Shown: positions 26,801 through 39,597 of the stretch, piece by piece | Layout of the letters: each line of letters starts with the position of its first letter | Position numbering within the stretch: position 1 is the first letter of the stretch | Assembly (NCBI GenBank): GCA_040954595.2 | Contig: CM082581.2 | Coordinates: 6,564,699-6,628,698 of the forward strand | Length of the DNA stretch: 64,000 nt | Reading direction: 5' to 3' | Source: Balanoglossus misakiensis | Taxonomy: Eukaryota; Animalia; Hemichordata | Notes under the pieces: generated by a model | Told to the model about the DNA's origin: nothing | What the model saw: the letters and a program-made list of their open reading frames with translations, nothing else | Database searches by the model: none | Made by a program: the position numbers and the translations under genes

Positions 26801-29110
26801 AATATAGTTCGTCGAATGGAAAGTCACGCAGCAACTATCGGCGAGGCGGGGAGATTTCAAGATGAGTGAAAAAATCGTTTATTTCGAGTGCTTCTTTCTT
26901 TTAGATTTGCAGGTTTTTGTTCTTTGAGGAATTAATTTAATCCCAACACAATATCGCTCAACGTCTAAGGCAATATTCAATCAAATCAAAATCCCGTTAC
27001 TTTCATTATACCACGAATAAAAACCTGAAAGAATTTTAGCAATACTAGTAAACAGTGTCGATGAACGTCAAGGTACTGAATTGTATAGGATTTTAAATGC
27101 AATGTGCACACACACACACACAGACGCTGCCATGATGCCCAGGAGTCCATGACCACACAGGTCAGAAATACTTACATCCAACTGGTATTATAGTATTCGT
27201 GGTTTAACCATGGATCTATTATATATATATAGGGCACATCCTTGGTTCAAGATATCGTGTGTCGTGTTATATGAGCGCACGCGGACCAGGTGACTGATTC
27301 GGTTAAAATGAATGGAGGCCGACGTAATCGCTCGCTAATGGGGAAAAGCTATTTTCATGGATTACATTAATTGTGTCACAGGTGTTCGCAAACGATGCTG
27401 TTATACCCGAATACATTCTGAGATAGCGCTCTCATCAAATTTTCCGCGTAGCAAGCAATTTTCTCCGATGATGTTATCGCGACGGTCACAATTCGAGCGT
27501 TTAATTGCACCAGGATCGAATGCCGTCGTCTTAAAAAATAACCGCGTCAACCTTGCGATGAGTAGTTAACCTGCTTATGTCTATGTCTTGACATCAAAAA
27601 TGCTATATGCTTTAGGAGACAACCGTTTCGATTTCTGGCGTGGAGGATTTTGGTATGCCACCAATTTTTTCAGACACTGCTACAGCAAATTTCCCCCTAT
27701 TGCCAGTCCCACTTTTTCCTCGAGGCACTGAAGAAGAATATTTTTCCTCCACACCATCTGACAATATTGGATTTCCAAAAGTCCTCCACCCACCACGGAA
27801 ATCAAATGGTTCTTCCCTTACCGTACATCACAAAATTGATGGAGCGAACTCGTGATAATCTGGGTCGACCAAATCACATAAAACTCATATGAGAGAGATG
27901 GGGAGGGGGAGGGGGCAACTGTCCACATCGGTGCAAATGTGCACATCATACACACGTCCATAACGTGACGTACTTGATAATTATCGGATCCATTAAGATA
28001 ACTCTCAATGTACTTGCTTTATTTAATAGGATTTGGCACGGAAAAGCCTGTCCACGTTTTATGACGCATGTTCAAGGCATTTTTTGCGTTCTGCTAGTAA
28101 TCCACAAATTGAGGCTTTATCACTTAGGCGTGTACCCCTCATATATGTAATCCCTCGCTGCCATCATGCTAAGCTGCAAGTTAATGCGCAAAAGTTCATA
28201 ATTCAGCTCACGTGATATCAGCGCTGCCCTCTTCAGTGGCACATTATACTATGAATGCAAAAGTCGGTCTAAAATGAGGGGTTAATGACCAAGGCACTTC
28301 ATTTCACGGTCCACTTAATTGAATCCTTGTTTCAGAAATGGATGCTCAATTATTTTACTGGCCCTTCGGTAGTGGGTGCACAGCACTGTGCAACCTTTGG
28401 TCGCTTGGGGGGGGGGGGTCCAGGCACGTCTCTTAAGCTTATTGGAGTCATCTAAATGATCTTATCAACTGAGTGTTCTCCGACTTTATTTTCCCTCTGT
28501 CTTGCTCAACATGTCGCAATCGTTGAAGACAAACTCTGATTACGTTTGGTCGTATTAAATTCAAATAAGCAGCCGGCGGCAACGCGCATGTCTGGTCTAC
28601 TTTCTTAATTGCACATCGACCGGAGAACTGTTCAGATGCCCCGGTTGAAAAGAAAACCTCGGTTCAAAAATTAAATTGGTCGCTCTGGGCGCGAAAAGGC
28701 CGCAAGGAATACAATACCAGACAAACAGTATAGTAGACGGAAAACCTTTGTCTCAATCATTTGCATCCTACATCACTAGTTGCATCCATACTCTACATCC
28801 CAAAACAGCAGAATGTTTTGCTGCGATTAACTGTCGAACGTATTCAAATGTTCGCTCGATAATTTACTCTCCAAACAGCGGGATGTTTAATAACTAGATT
28901 GTTAAATCTATCACAGATGACTTCAATAAAAAATATAGAAAATTGGAATTCGACTTTGCTTCGCTGGAAATTGAGCATCAATAAATAATATAAGACAGAG
29001 AGTATACGTGTGCAACGCATGTTAGATGCCCATCCTATGTCTTCAGTGTCACGGGCCACTGAATCGCATCAATTACCATGGTGTTCCCAATCACAGGTGT
29101 TGTCGTGGTA

Positions 29111-29459
29111 ACAGCACGGTATTATAGCGTTACTGGGTTCAAAGTGACCTTTATGGGAGATGTACAGGGAACGCGAAAAGGCTTTTTAGTATAAATGCAG
29201 TTTCAAAAGCACCGGCTGAAAGATAAATTTTGTCGGGTTTCCCGCTTTGATAAGCTTGGTTGACGTTAATGATCGCGCCTTTAGGGGGGAAGCTGTTCGT
29301 AGTGGCGATTTCACACGGCCTCTACAGGTATAGCGACTTGCCCAAACCAGATAAGGAGATCTGAATCTTGTAGATGCATTATAAAGAGCCGCTTCTCGTT
29401 CTGTACTGATCTCGTGAAGGTCACTTTGAACCGCATACTGTTATAATGATATCGTGCTG
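29111..29459. mobile_element. About 350 bp non-autonomous element with about 60 bp imperfect terminal inverted repeats
   Basis: Left CAGCACGGTATTATAGCGTTACTGGGTTCAAAGTGACCTT...GTACAG versus the reverse complement of the right end CAGCACGATATCATTATAACAGTATGCGGTTCAAAGTGACCTT...GTACAG; 15 bp perfect core GGTTCAAAGTGACCT. Confidence 0.65.
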
Positions 29460-31857
29460 TAACCGGGCCAGTCGGGACTCAAAGCACGAGAACATGTTGG
29501 TTAGTTTGTGCACAGTCCCTGCACTAGTCGCGTCGCAGCACTACGAACAACGTTTCTATTTCTCTGTGACTAAGACCTAAAGACAGGGACGATTTTTCCA
29601 CTGAATCACAGTTAGTCGTCCTCGACCTCGGTAAATTTATGAATTTATTTTCTTTCCCGGTGATTGTTTACTGCCAATTTCAGTTTCCATGGCCTTGTAT
29701 GGATTCGGAGCGGCTCTTTACCGCCAAAGCATGTTTCCGTGGTGTACACAAGCTTATAACGGGATTTATTCGCGCCGAATTTAGCGTCAGACATTGTTTG
29801 TGCGTTTTCGTATTTTATGGCTTCTCAAAACTTTTAATGTTTACCTCAAAGACAACTTCAGTTTTAGTTCACAACAACCCGGCCGTGGGAGAAAGAAACT
29901 GGACCCAAAACCCAGTGACGCAGAGTCGATTTTTCCCATCGCCATAATCGGTTTAATCATACAAAAGTCGTATTACAACGATGTCGTGTTTTCGAAATGC
30001 CGACGGCTGGTTTACCTAATGCATATGGAACAACTTCTAGAGTAGGGAAAGACAAACCACGTAGTTTCGAAATCAGAGACTCTTGATGCACAGGTTTTCG
30101 GACCTTAATCCCCGGGACTTCAAAATGACTTTTTGTAAATGCAGTCTTACCTGACACTATAGTGCGTCATTTCGCCTATAACAGCGATTACAACATATTG
30201 AAATCATGCCTTTTCTGGAGTATTCCTTTTTCTAGCTGTGATTTATACAACATAATATTTACTTTTGTTCTTTGTCAGCAATTGTAACACATTTGCATGG
30301 ATATAATTTCTCAGATCAAAAAGGATTACTAAACAACAATAAGACGTAAGCATAAAACTGGTGAAAATAAAGTTCTATCGAAGTATGTAGTGAACGGTTG
30401 TCCGAAACGGACACAGCTGTTTGGACTCTGTGTTTAGTGATGTTTGTACGCCGATAAAGTTGCCACAGTTTCTTGATTTTTTAGCAGAGAACCCCCCCCC
30501 CCCCGGTAATATCAAGTAATCACGGTGTAGATTAGAGTGTTATGACAGAAAGGGCGAGTGGTTTTCCCTTTAGCTAAACTTCAACTTAGATTAAACTGCA
30601 AGCAAAGTGGGCTACACAAGTCACAAAGCAATGAATGTAAATCCATCTGAGCAGGACACAGCACTCCGTACTCAGCTATATAGGAGTGACCGTGTTGGGA
30701 GTGACCGTGCTCCCGTTGAAACGCAAGAGCACACGGCTGCGCAATAAAGTCAGAAGTCACAAGTTTTCTGACGTACAGCCAAAGCAGGTTTCAGTTCAAG
30801 TAGCGTACTCACAATGTTCTGTCTCGGAGTCAAACAAACAGCCATGCGTGCAGACCCGAACGGCAGAATGTGGTCCTCAGCTCTGAAGTCGACGGTACAG
30901 CATCCAGTGAAATAATAGCAGACCCGACCACATGGCAGCATGTCTATTTATACATGTCCATCGAAATAAATATTCATTAACACCTGTTCAGTTGATCACA
31001 GGAAACAAAAGAAATCTTGCTACGGCCTGTAAAGGTCACGTCAATGACCTCATCATCACAATACTAATTTGCACATCACCCTTCTACTTTTCCAACTACT
31101 TTACCTTTTACCGGTAATGAGTATAAGGTCACAAATCGCCGAGTAAAGGACGTGATTTTCAGTCATCCCTGATCTTCGATGGGATTGCCGCTGATAAATC
31201 AGGCTGGAGTGTCCGCGTCACACTCACCTCTCTTGGTGCAGTCAGATTTGACAAGATTTACACGCCCGACAAGGCGTTAATCTGTTTTACCTTTATTAAC
31301 CACAGATTTACGCGACTAGACAGTCAGATAATTTCAGTGACCCATTACAAACTAGCGTGACATTTGCAAACAGACGAAAGCGTTAACGTGTTTTTTTTGC
31401 TGGAAACACGTTACGTGACATTTTGTTGCAAACACCTTTAAACGCACTTTCGAGATTAGAACATAGTCTAGAATCTAATGCGCAGTCTTCAGGGATATGC
31501 AGACAGAGTCTGCCGTCTAGTCGTGCAAAGGGTGTTTGTCAAACAAGACGTGGCAACCTTAAAGGCAGCCACAGATGATCATGTTCAAATGATCTGATGA
31601 AACATTATAGCTATAGACAACCCCCATATTGCTATCCCGCCCCCTCAGCTAAACATGCGTAGGCTACGTCTATACCTTCAATATTGAAAAAAAAGATTGT
31701 CGGGGCAGTGGAACTTTTACCGACAGAAAGCCTATATTCGTTTGCCTTGCGTAAACAGGTAACTATGACATTTAAATATCAGGAAGTCAGTCGTGATTGC
31801 TTGTATGATTCGCTCTTTTGACTGCGCGATTAAAAAGACAAAGTGCCTACTGCTCGC

Positions 31858-32063
31858 GCGCTCAGTTGTAGAATCGCCGAAATTAAGGTCCGATAGGCTA
31901 CGTACATTCAATTACCGGTAGGTTCACGGTCAATTTGCGAATCGAGTACCACACAAAAATGGCCCACGCATAGGCTCAATCGACCGTCGGTTGAAAGTTC
32001 GCAGTCCTGACGAGAAGATAGAGTCCCTGATAATGTTCGGGTGCTTTGTACCTACGCGCAACC
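31858..32063 (+). repeat. Dispersed motif-block repeat, copy 1
   Basis: Blocks GCGCTCA, GTACATTCAAT, TCACGGTCAATTTGCGAATC, TGATAATGT, TACCTACxCGCAACC recur in the same order at 43214-43395. Confidence 0.7.
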
Positions 32064-34432
32064 AATAATTATCACGTGTTCATTCATCCTCGTCGTCATT
32101 CAAAGCGACAAGCCTGATGTCTTAACTCTGTACCTAAAGTATAGATAATAAATCCAAGACACCAGGAATGAAAAAAAAATCACGTTTTTTTCGTTCAAGT
32201 CAAACCACTTGTTATTGGTCACTATAGAGGCAATTCTTAAATACTAGTATTTGTAAATATCAGTCTAGGTCAGCAAGTGGACAACCTTTTTTCATTCCCT
32301 TGTCCCCCCCCCCCCCATTGTTAGTTTATAAAACTTCACATTTTGGTTACCCGCCATAATTCAGCTTCACTTCGCACTGCACACTTCTATGGAAAAAGGA
32401 CATTCACATCTCCGTTTTCCCTCGCAATCTGGTGTTCACCGTTGCGGTTTCGCAGCGGCAAATCTTGGGTTTCGCTCGGCTGAGCGAGACTACTTAAAAC
32501 CTGAAATCGCACAGCGGGAGAGAGTTTGAATCTAGAGAAGACGAGCTTTTAGAAACCACCCGTAAAGTCTTAATCGGCCGCGGGCTAATGTTGATATTCA
32601 TCACCATTCTTATTCGATCTCCAGGTGCTTCACTCGGCAGGAAAATGATATTCAATAGTATACAAAATCCCTTGCCGACTATATTGATTCCCGGTAAGCA
32701 AGTGTTAGTAAGATAGGGATCAGGAATATGATGATGGGATATCTTGGAAGTAACAAAATACATGCTATAGAGTCTTGTGTTACAAATATCTCGGTCGAAA
32801 CGGTCATATCCATTAGAAAGCTATATGGGTCATCCTCTTACTTCCTGTTGTCAATCGCGCTCACATTGCTTAAATATATTCGGGATTAAATGCTCCAGGT
32901 TGATTGACGTTAAATGAGTAAAAGTTTGTAGTCGTGCGACATTGATAAGCTGGTATTACAGACCGAAGCTCGAAGATTAATATCAATCATCAAAGGAAAC
33001 GCTTCCATGTCGTCTAAGCCGTCAATTGCACGGATGCAGATAACCCGGTTAGGATCATTTTGGAGTAATTGGATGTTTCCATGTGAGCGAAAATCTGCCA
33101 AATTACTAACTAGTTCATATATTATTTAAATTATCAACCATAAAATATTGAACGCGTAACACACCCAGTACATACTTTTATATCCAGTATCAACTAGCTG
33201 AGCTCAGGCGGAGGGCAATTATGGCACATTAAATCTGGATTTCACCTGTCTCCGACGTTTGGCCTTTAACACACGACGTGCACATTCAGGCGTAACGCCA
33301 ATTTTCAGCTAGTAAACATGTTCAGCAAAACATTTGTATGTCGCTTCAGGGGTAAGCGGAGGACTTTCGTGGTACCGATCTGTAATGCTAAAGATTTGGA
33401 TTAATTAAAAAAAAATACAGGCCCGGGAAACAGATAGCTTGGATGGGTTGTGTAGGCAGCGTGCTTTGATTGTATACGTCACTCGACGAGTGTTTTGTGT
33501 TTGTTGTGACGTCATTACAGGAATGTTCAGCATTTGTGACCGTGATTATAGGAAACTGTTTGAGGAGTAGTTGCCTCTTTTGCAATACCCAGCAAGCAAG
33601 CTCCTACTCGTGACATTTTCTCATGATACTTAAATTCAGGAAAGACTTAGAACGGGGTTGAAAGACCTACTATTTCGTTAAATCCTCCACAACCCAAGGA
33701 TAACATTTCTTTATAAGAATCTCTCTGTGTCCGTCAGAGGCAGGAGCCTAGGTAGTTTTAATCATGAAAGTGTATACAAATGACATCCTTGTACCTAAAA
33801 CATGCGTATGTGCGACGTATGAAATTGCAGGGCAAAAGTGGTAATCTTTAGTACAAAATAGCTCATTATTAGGGCTTATAGGGAAACCTACCGAAATCGC
33901 CGGCAGTAAAACTGGTTATTTACACTGTGCATATATATTTTGATCGAATTTGCCCTAAGTGGCCCATTTACATCAACTGAAAGCTAATAACGCCACCATT
34001 AGCGTTATTAATGCGAATCACATCACTTATGAGTAAAACCCAATCACAGTAGGCCTACACTTGAAGGTCAAAGCTTAGTGCCATGCGTTACCGCATATGA
34101 GAAGAACCATGAGGGTCAGATCCCAGTTTACTGTAATTGAAGTCTTTACACAGCTTATAGGTTGGTCACTCTGGGCAGATCCAGATCATATCGGAGGTTT
34201 CCATGGTTTATATATGTAGCATACTCTGCCCCACCTCCACAAATTCGACATATGAAACACTACTTCACAAACTCTCTGACTTCAGTCGTGGGCGTATAGC
34301 TGAAGAAACAGGCAGGAAATTTAAAAGACATTGTTCTTGAAGCCTAAGGTTCGGAAGTAATTCCAGTTTTGTTTAGTGTCATTTCCTCAACTGAAAGCAT
34401 TGGCAATCATATTTTAGATCAGGTGACAGCAG

Positions 34433-34481
34433 TGTCACGCTCCCCCCAAAAAGCATGAAATTACTTTTGAGGAGCGTGACA
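34433..34481. repeat. Short GC-clamped hairpin
   Basis: TGTCACGCTCC ... GGAGCGTGACA form a perfect 11 bp inverted repeat with an inner AAAAG/CTTTT pairing. Confidence 0.7.
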
Positions 34482-37400
34482 ACAGTGCGCAACTGAAAAA
34501 TATTAAGTTGGCGGTAGAAGATGCTTATCCAACTGGAGATTTACTACAAAGGATTAAGTATTGCTTTGGCAAAAAATACGTTATACAGCGTACATTAACA
34601 TTCAACACCGTGATACACTGCAGAATACAAACCCAAGCCTACATGATGGATATCACACGGTATTACTCAATCAAAGATGATGTGAAGCTTACGTTCTCCG
34701 ATAAGAGAGAGTCAGTGGGGAATGAAGCATTGCAAGGGACGAATATTGAGTGGATAACCCTTTTGATGTATATACCCTGGAAAAATTTGCTAGTCCACTC
34801 CGGTCGTAACAACTTAACACTATCTTATTGCAGGATTCGTCCCAAGCATATCACAGTATTATATGATGCGATATCGTTCGGACGCAGGAACGATAGGAGA
34901 ATAATAATATCACATATTTAGTGATGGTTTTGTTGGGAGAAATCTCCCCACGACTCGGCAAACATAAAACTTTTTTTTGAAATATAGCTAATCCCATCTA
35001 CAATCCTTCCCTCGGTGGCTTTAATACATGTGCCAAATAATCCTTGTCTGACTCTCACATCGTCGTATGAATCACGTACTTTTCAGTATCGTAAAACTTC
35101 GGAAAGATTTACACTATAGGCTGGAATTAGGAGATTACTGGTTGACGGGAAAAGGTAATTTATTATTGAGCAACGAGACTTACCTCTTCCGGCAATAATA
35201 AATTCATTGGGCGTTATTAATTGTTGATGCGATTAAGGTGGAAAGCAGTATTTATTCACGTTTTACCAAATAAAAGATATAATCTAGATATAAAAAATTG
35301 TTCATTGTCGATGTCTGTTCGTCCACAATGCCAACGAAATGATTACTGACGTGTGTGAACGGATAATATAGATACAGTATAGTACAGAAATGGTCATGCC
35401 CGATCGAATGGAAGTCAATGAAAAGTTACTAAAGAAATACTGTTAGTACAAACCAGACCTCTAACAATTTCGCTGATTATTTGACTTAATTATTCTAGGA
35501 TGATACAACGCCGCGGGGGGGGGGGGGGGTTTAAACACACTGTCAATCGTTCATTGACATAATTCGGTTAACGTACTTTAGATATACGGCCACCTGTATA
35601 CATACCTATAATTGAGGATATTACTTATTGAAAAGTATTTATATTGATGATTGGAACCATTGTGCACGCCGTAATTGTAGCCAGAAATTGCATATTACGT
35701 GTCCTTCCAGATGAACAGGCATTACGGTGATCCGACAATATAACGTGGAGCAACACTATTGACAGTTTGCACAAAGTCAACTCAGTCTCTATAAAATTCA
35801 TTTTCCCGGTAAAATTATCAAACATACGCGTGGCGTTGTACTTTTTGTTAAACAGCAATATGTCAGTCGCACATGCACACCTGCCGGATATTGCTCTGAA
35901 AAGATAACGAGTACCAATTTCAGACACCTGGCCCAATGCGATTCAAGATGACCCTATTCTAACTGTTGTTTTGGATCTAGTAATGTGTTTACCTTGCATT
36001 ATTCTGACTGTTGGACTTGTTGTGACGGTATATTCAGCAGTTAAGTGGTATGCTACTCACATAATTGAGCCAACTTCTGTACTAACGTGACTGATAAACA
36101 AACTGAATTATCTGCCGTCGGGTGAATATTAGAACGTAGATGCCACGCTCTCACACAAATCCATAAAAATTATGGAAATCCACAAACCACAGCCAGATCA
36201 TCTTTTTCTAACGAGTTTTATTCACTGAATCAGATATACTTGGACATATTCAATAATGTATATTACTAAGTGCACTTTAGTTGAAACAAGATACCCATTT
36301 AAATTTTGTAAATGATGAGAAATCATAGAACAAGTATTTTGTTAAAGTGCCACAGACAGTGATCGGAGACGCTTGCACTGCAGAAACTTAAACAAGACCA
36401 ACAATAACAACCAACACAAAAAGTAATTCTGAAATTCAAAAGAGAGTGATTTCTAAAAGAAAATGTGTCTTCAGTATAGTCCATTATAAAACATTCAAAG
36501 TATCTCACACATAAATTTCGGAGACGCAAAACAAGAAGCCCTGCCGACATGCTTTATATACAGTCACAGGCCACAGTGGTGGTGCTAAGCTGAAAATGAT
36601 CTGATCTGCAGAACGAGAAACACCTGGGGCATAGAGACTGACAAGCGCATTGAGACATGAAGGATCTATCAGTATAATGAAACCATTTAGAAGTGATGTA
36701 ATGGGCTGATGTACGGGCAACCAGCGGGATTCCCTCGGCAGTTGGACTGATGTAAGCCGGGGATGTGAACACGGCGCCCCGAGCGGATAATAGCTCTGGA
36801 TGTAACATTTTCAGCATGCTGGGGCGCGATGTGTGGAGTTCTGGGGCATATTACACAAAGAACTATGGATGACTGTATTAAGAGGAAATAAGGAAACGAA
36901 CGCGCAGTAGCCAAAATATGGTGATGTTCTCTCGCTGCGAGATTTCGCGAGACTTGATTAATCACCGTAGCAACGTAACGGGTTGCTAGGCAAAGTAATA
37001 AAAGTCAAGCTTTGTATGTTGTGTGATTTAACACGATGGGCATTGTGGGTGGTTTTTCAGTCCCGAGTCAAATGAGAATGTCCTCCATATAAATATCCTA
37101 GCCGTGCGAGATCTCGCAAGGTCTCGTGCAGTCCGGAAAATGGTATATTGTCTTCCATGTAGTACAGTCAATGTATGCTACACAGTCTGAAAATGTGTGC
37201 TTTTCTCAAATATAAAACATCAATAATTAATAACATGTAGAAGAAAATCCGTCTCACCACAGCGAGAAAAAATGTTATTTTCCCACTCGGTTGAAGCTTA
37301 TCTTACAGTCAGACAAATCAGTGCGTGAAGCCTCAGGTAAATTCTGTAAATATTGCTAAAAGTACATTTATCAACAATTTTAACAAATCTCTGTGAAATA

Positions 37401-39597
37401 TACATCTTCAGTGTAAATCATTTAACACCATTGGAACTATTTTGCAATTCAAGATCTTATAATCAAAAAATAGTTCCAACCGGGTTTTTGTAAATGTTTC
37501 TTTCGTATAGCAACTCTTAATACATGTACATATCGGATCATCGCTATATTTTAAAAATATAAAGATTTTGAAAAACAGTTAATGATATGAATAATTATAA
37601 AGGCAACCTGACATCTTTTATATAATTATAGTTATATTTATATTGTTCCAGCCGACAGTTAATTGGTGATAGCCCAATAACAGGAAAAGGTATAGTATAA
37701 GGCATAAATGTAAGTGTTTTGGTCCAGTGAGAACACAGCCCCGCGGCTATGTACTGGTTTCAAACTCGTTATCCTCCGATAGCGAGGAAGGTATTATTAT
37801 CCAAATGAAGAAGTCGTCTGCAATGATTCTCCTATTTCTTATCGCTCTCCGTGCTGACTCGTATAACCACGCGGAGCGCATCGTTCTGACAAATCGATCT
37901 TTCGTAACGACTTTCCCCACATAAAGCAACGTACGTAAGACAGTCATGATGTCAAACGATAACGACATGTTTGTCATTGAACACATGCACTAGAAGATAT
38001 CATTGTGTTTATAAACAGAAAGGTCGAAGGTGTGCAGTCTAGACGAACCTCCCCTTTAAAGTGAAGGCATTTTAGATTAAAATGATCTTTTACATCATAA
38101 AAATAAATGGAATCTGTTGATCCAATCAGGTGAAAATCAAACCAAGCTTTCAACTGCTTGTTCCAGATCTCCCCCAGTCTGAAGCCATTGTCAAATTAGT
38201 ATTGTCGAGACAGATTTGTCATGTTTAACTCTTACGATGTTAATCTGTTTTTAATGCAGCTCTTAAGTTATATAGCAGTCGCTGGGCGCATTTGCTTTTA
38301 TGGCCCAAGATTGATGTGCCCAGACAGTCAAATAAATCCAAGGACCTATTAGAAATAAAGAATTGACATTTACGCACAGGCAGGACGTGCGCGTCAACGT
38401 CTGTGCCCGCGACAGTATTGTGATGTATTGATGCAAGCTACCTGACCTACATATTGGGGATTAGGCCGTTTTTACCATGTCTCTCTCCGATCTAGCATGA
38501 TGTCTCCTGGTCCTTCAATCCTCAATTTGCCGCCAAGACTACTGCAGTTTGCGTGTGGAAGGAAACGTGGCGAAATTTAACGTGGCGTTGTATTATGATA
38601 CCCTGGATAGTCAAATCACGATCGGTCATCTCCACGTGATTGGGGATTGCGTTTGCAATACTGGACTGAATTGACTGTAAGCTTTACTCATTCGTTCATT
38701 GAAGATCACTATCTGCGATTGACTTGAAGAAGACGCCACCCTGTCACAGTAACTGAACCGTACCGTACCGGATCAGTATCTGTACCGAATATACCATTCT
38801 TTTTTGGCTCGTACTGTATTTCTCCATGCTACACGCGCCTACATTTTAACCTGATATCCAACTTACACAGAGCCTTCCGACTCCCAACTAGATCTTCGAT
38901 TTTTTCTAACCTAATTCTCTTAAATTACAAGCGCACCACCGACACCGAAATGATCCTTTGTAAATCTGAATATTGTATGAGTCCCGAAGCAACTGTCACT
39001 CATATTTTTTCAGTTTGAAAGAGTATGAACTGATTTTCATGCGAAATAGGAGATTGTGGAAACAAAATACCGACAATGATTGACATTTAAGTCATCATCA
39101 TCAACCGCCCATCAAACATTCAGGGCGAATGTCTCTGCAATGCTGTGCGGCGCTAGCTTCTTCCAGAATGTCAACTTGTCAACTTGCCACAAAAATAGGG
39201 GCGTAGAATTACTCACTGGGATTTGACCTCAATGTTGTAGATACTTTATACCTGAAAACACTTTTAGGCGTTAGACATAATGTTCACCTGGTAACCGTTG
39301 CAAGGGGATTATCGTCAATACTGTTCAACATGTCAAGACAGAAAGCAATGTCTTAGAGGTGAATTCCATTAAAAGAGTAGCAAAGTCAACGTACGTTGCA
39401 CGGTGAAACCGTTTGTACTTTTTACATCACCATTTTGCTGTTAAGGAGCTCGAATCGTGTTGCCATGGCGCACCTCTTCAAATTGAGGAAATCCGCATTT
39501 TACAGAAAACCACTGGCGAGATGCAAAGTGGAGTCGCGTCGTCTGACACATTTTATGCTTTTTCCAAGATTTGTGTTATAATCCTTGAAAAGTACTT

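Noticed and set aside
21300-39500. Short ORFs of 60-137 aa in the gene desert (likewise 42-54 kb)
   Set aside because: No domain motifs, many non-ATG starts, no consistent splice chains; no transposase or reverse transcriptase remnants recognised.
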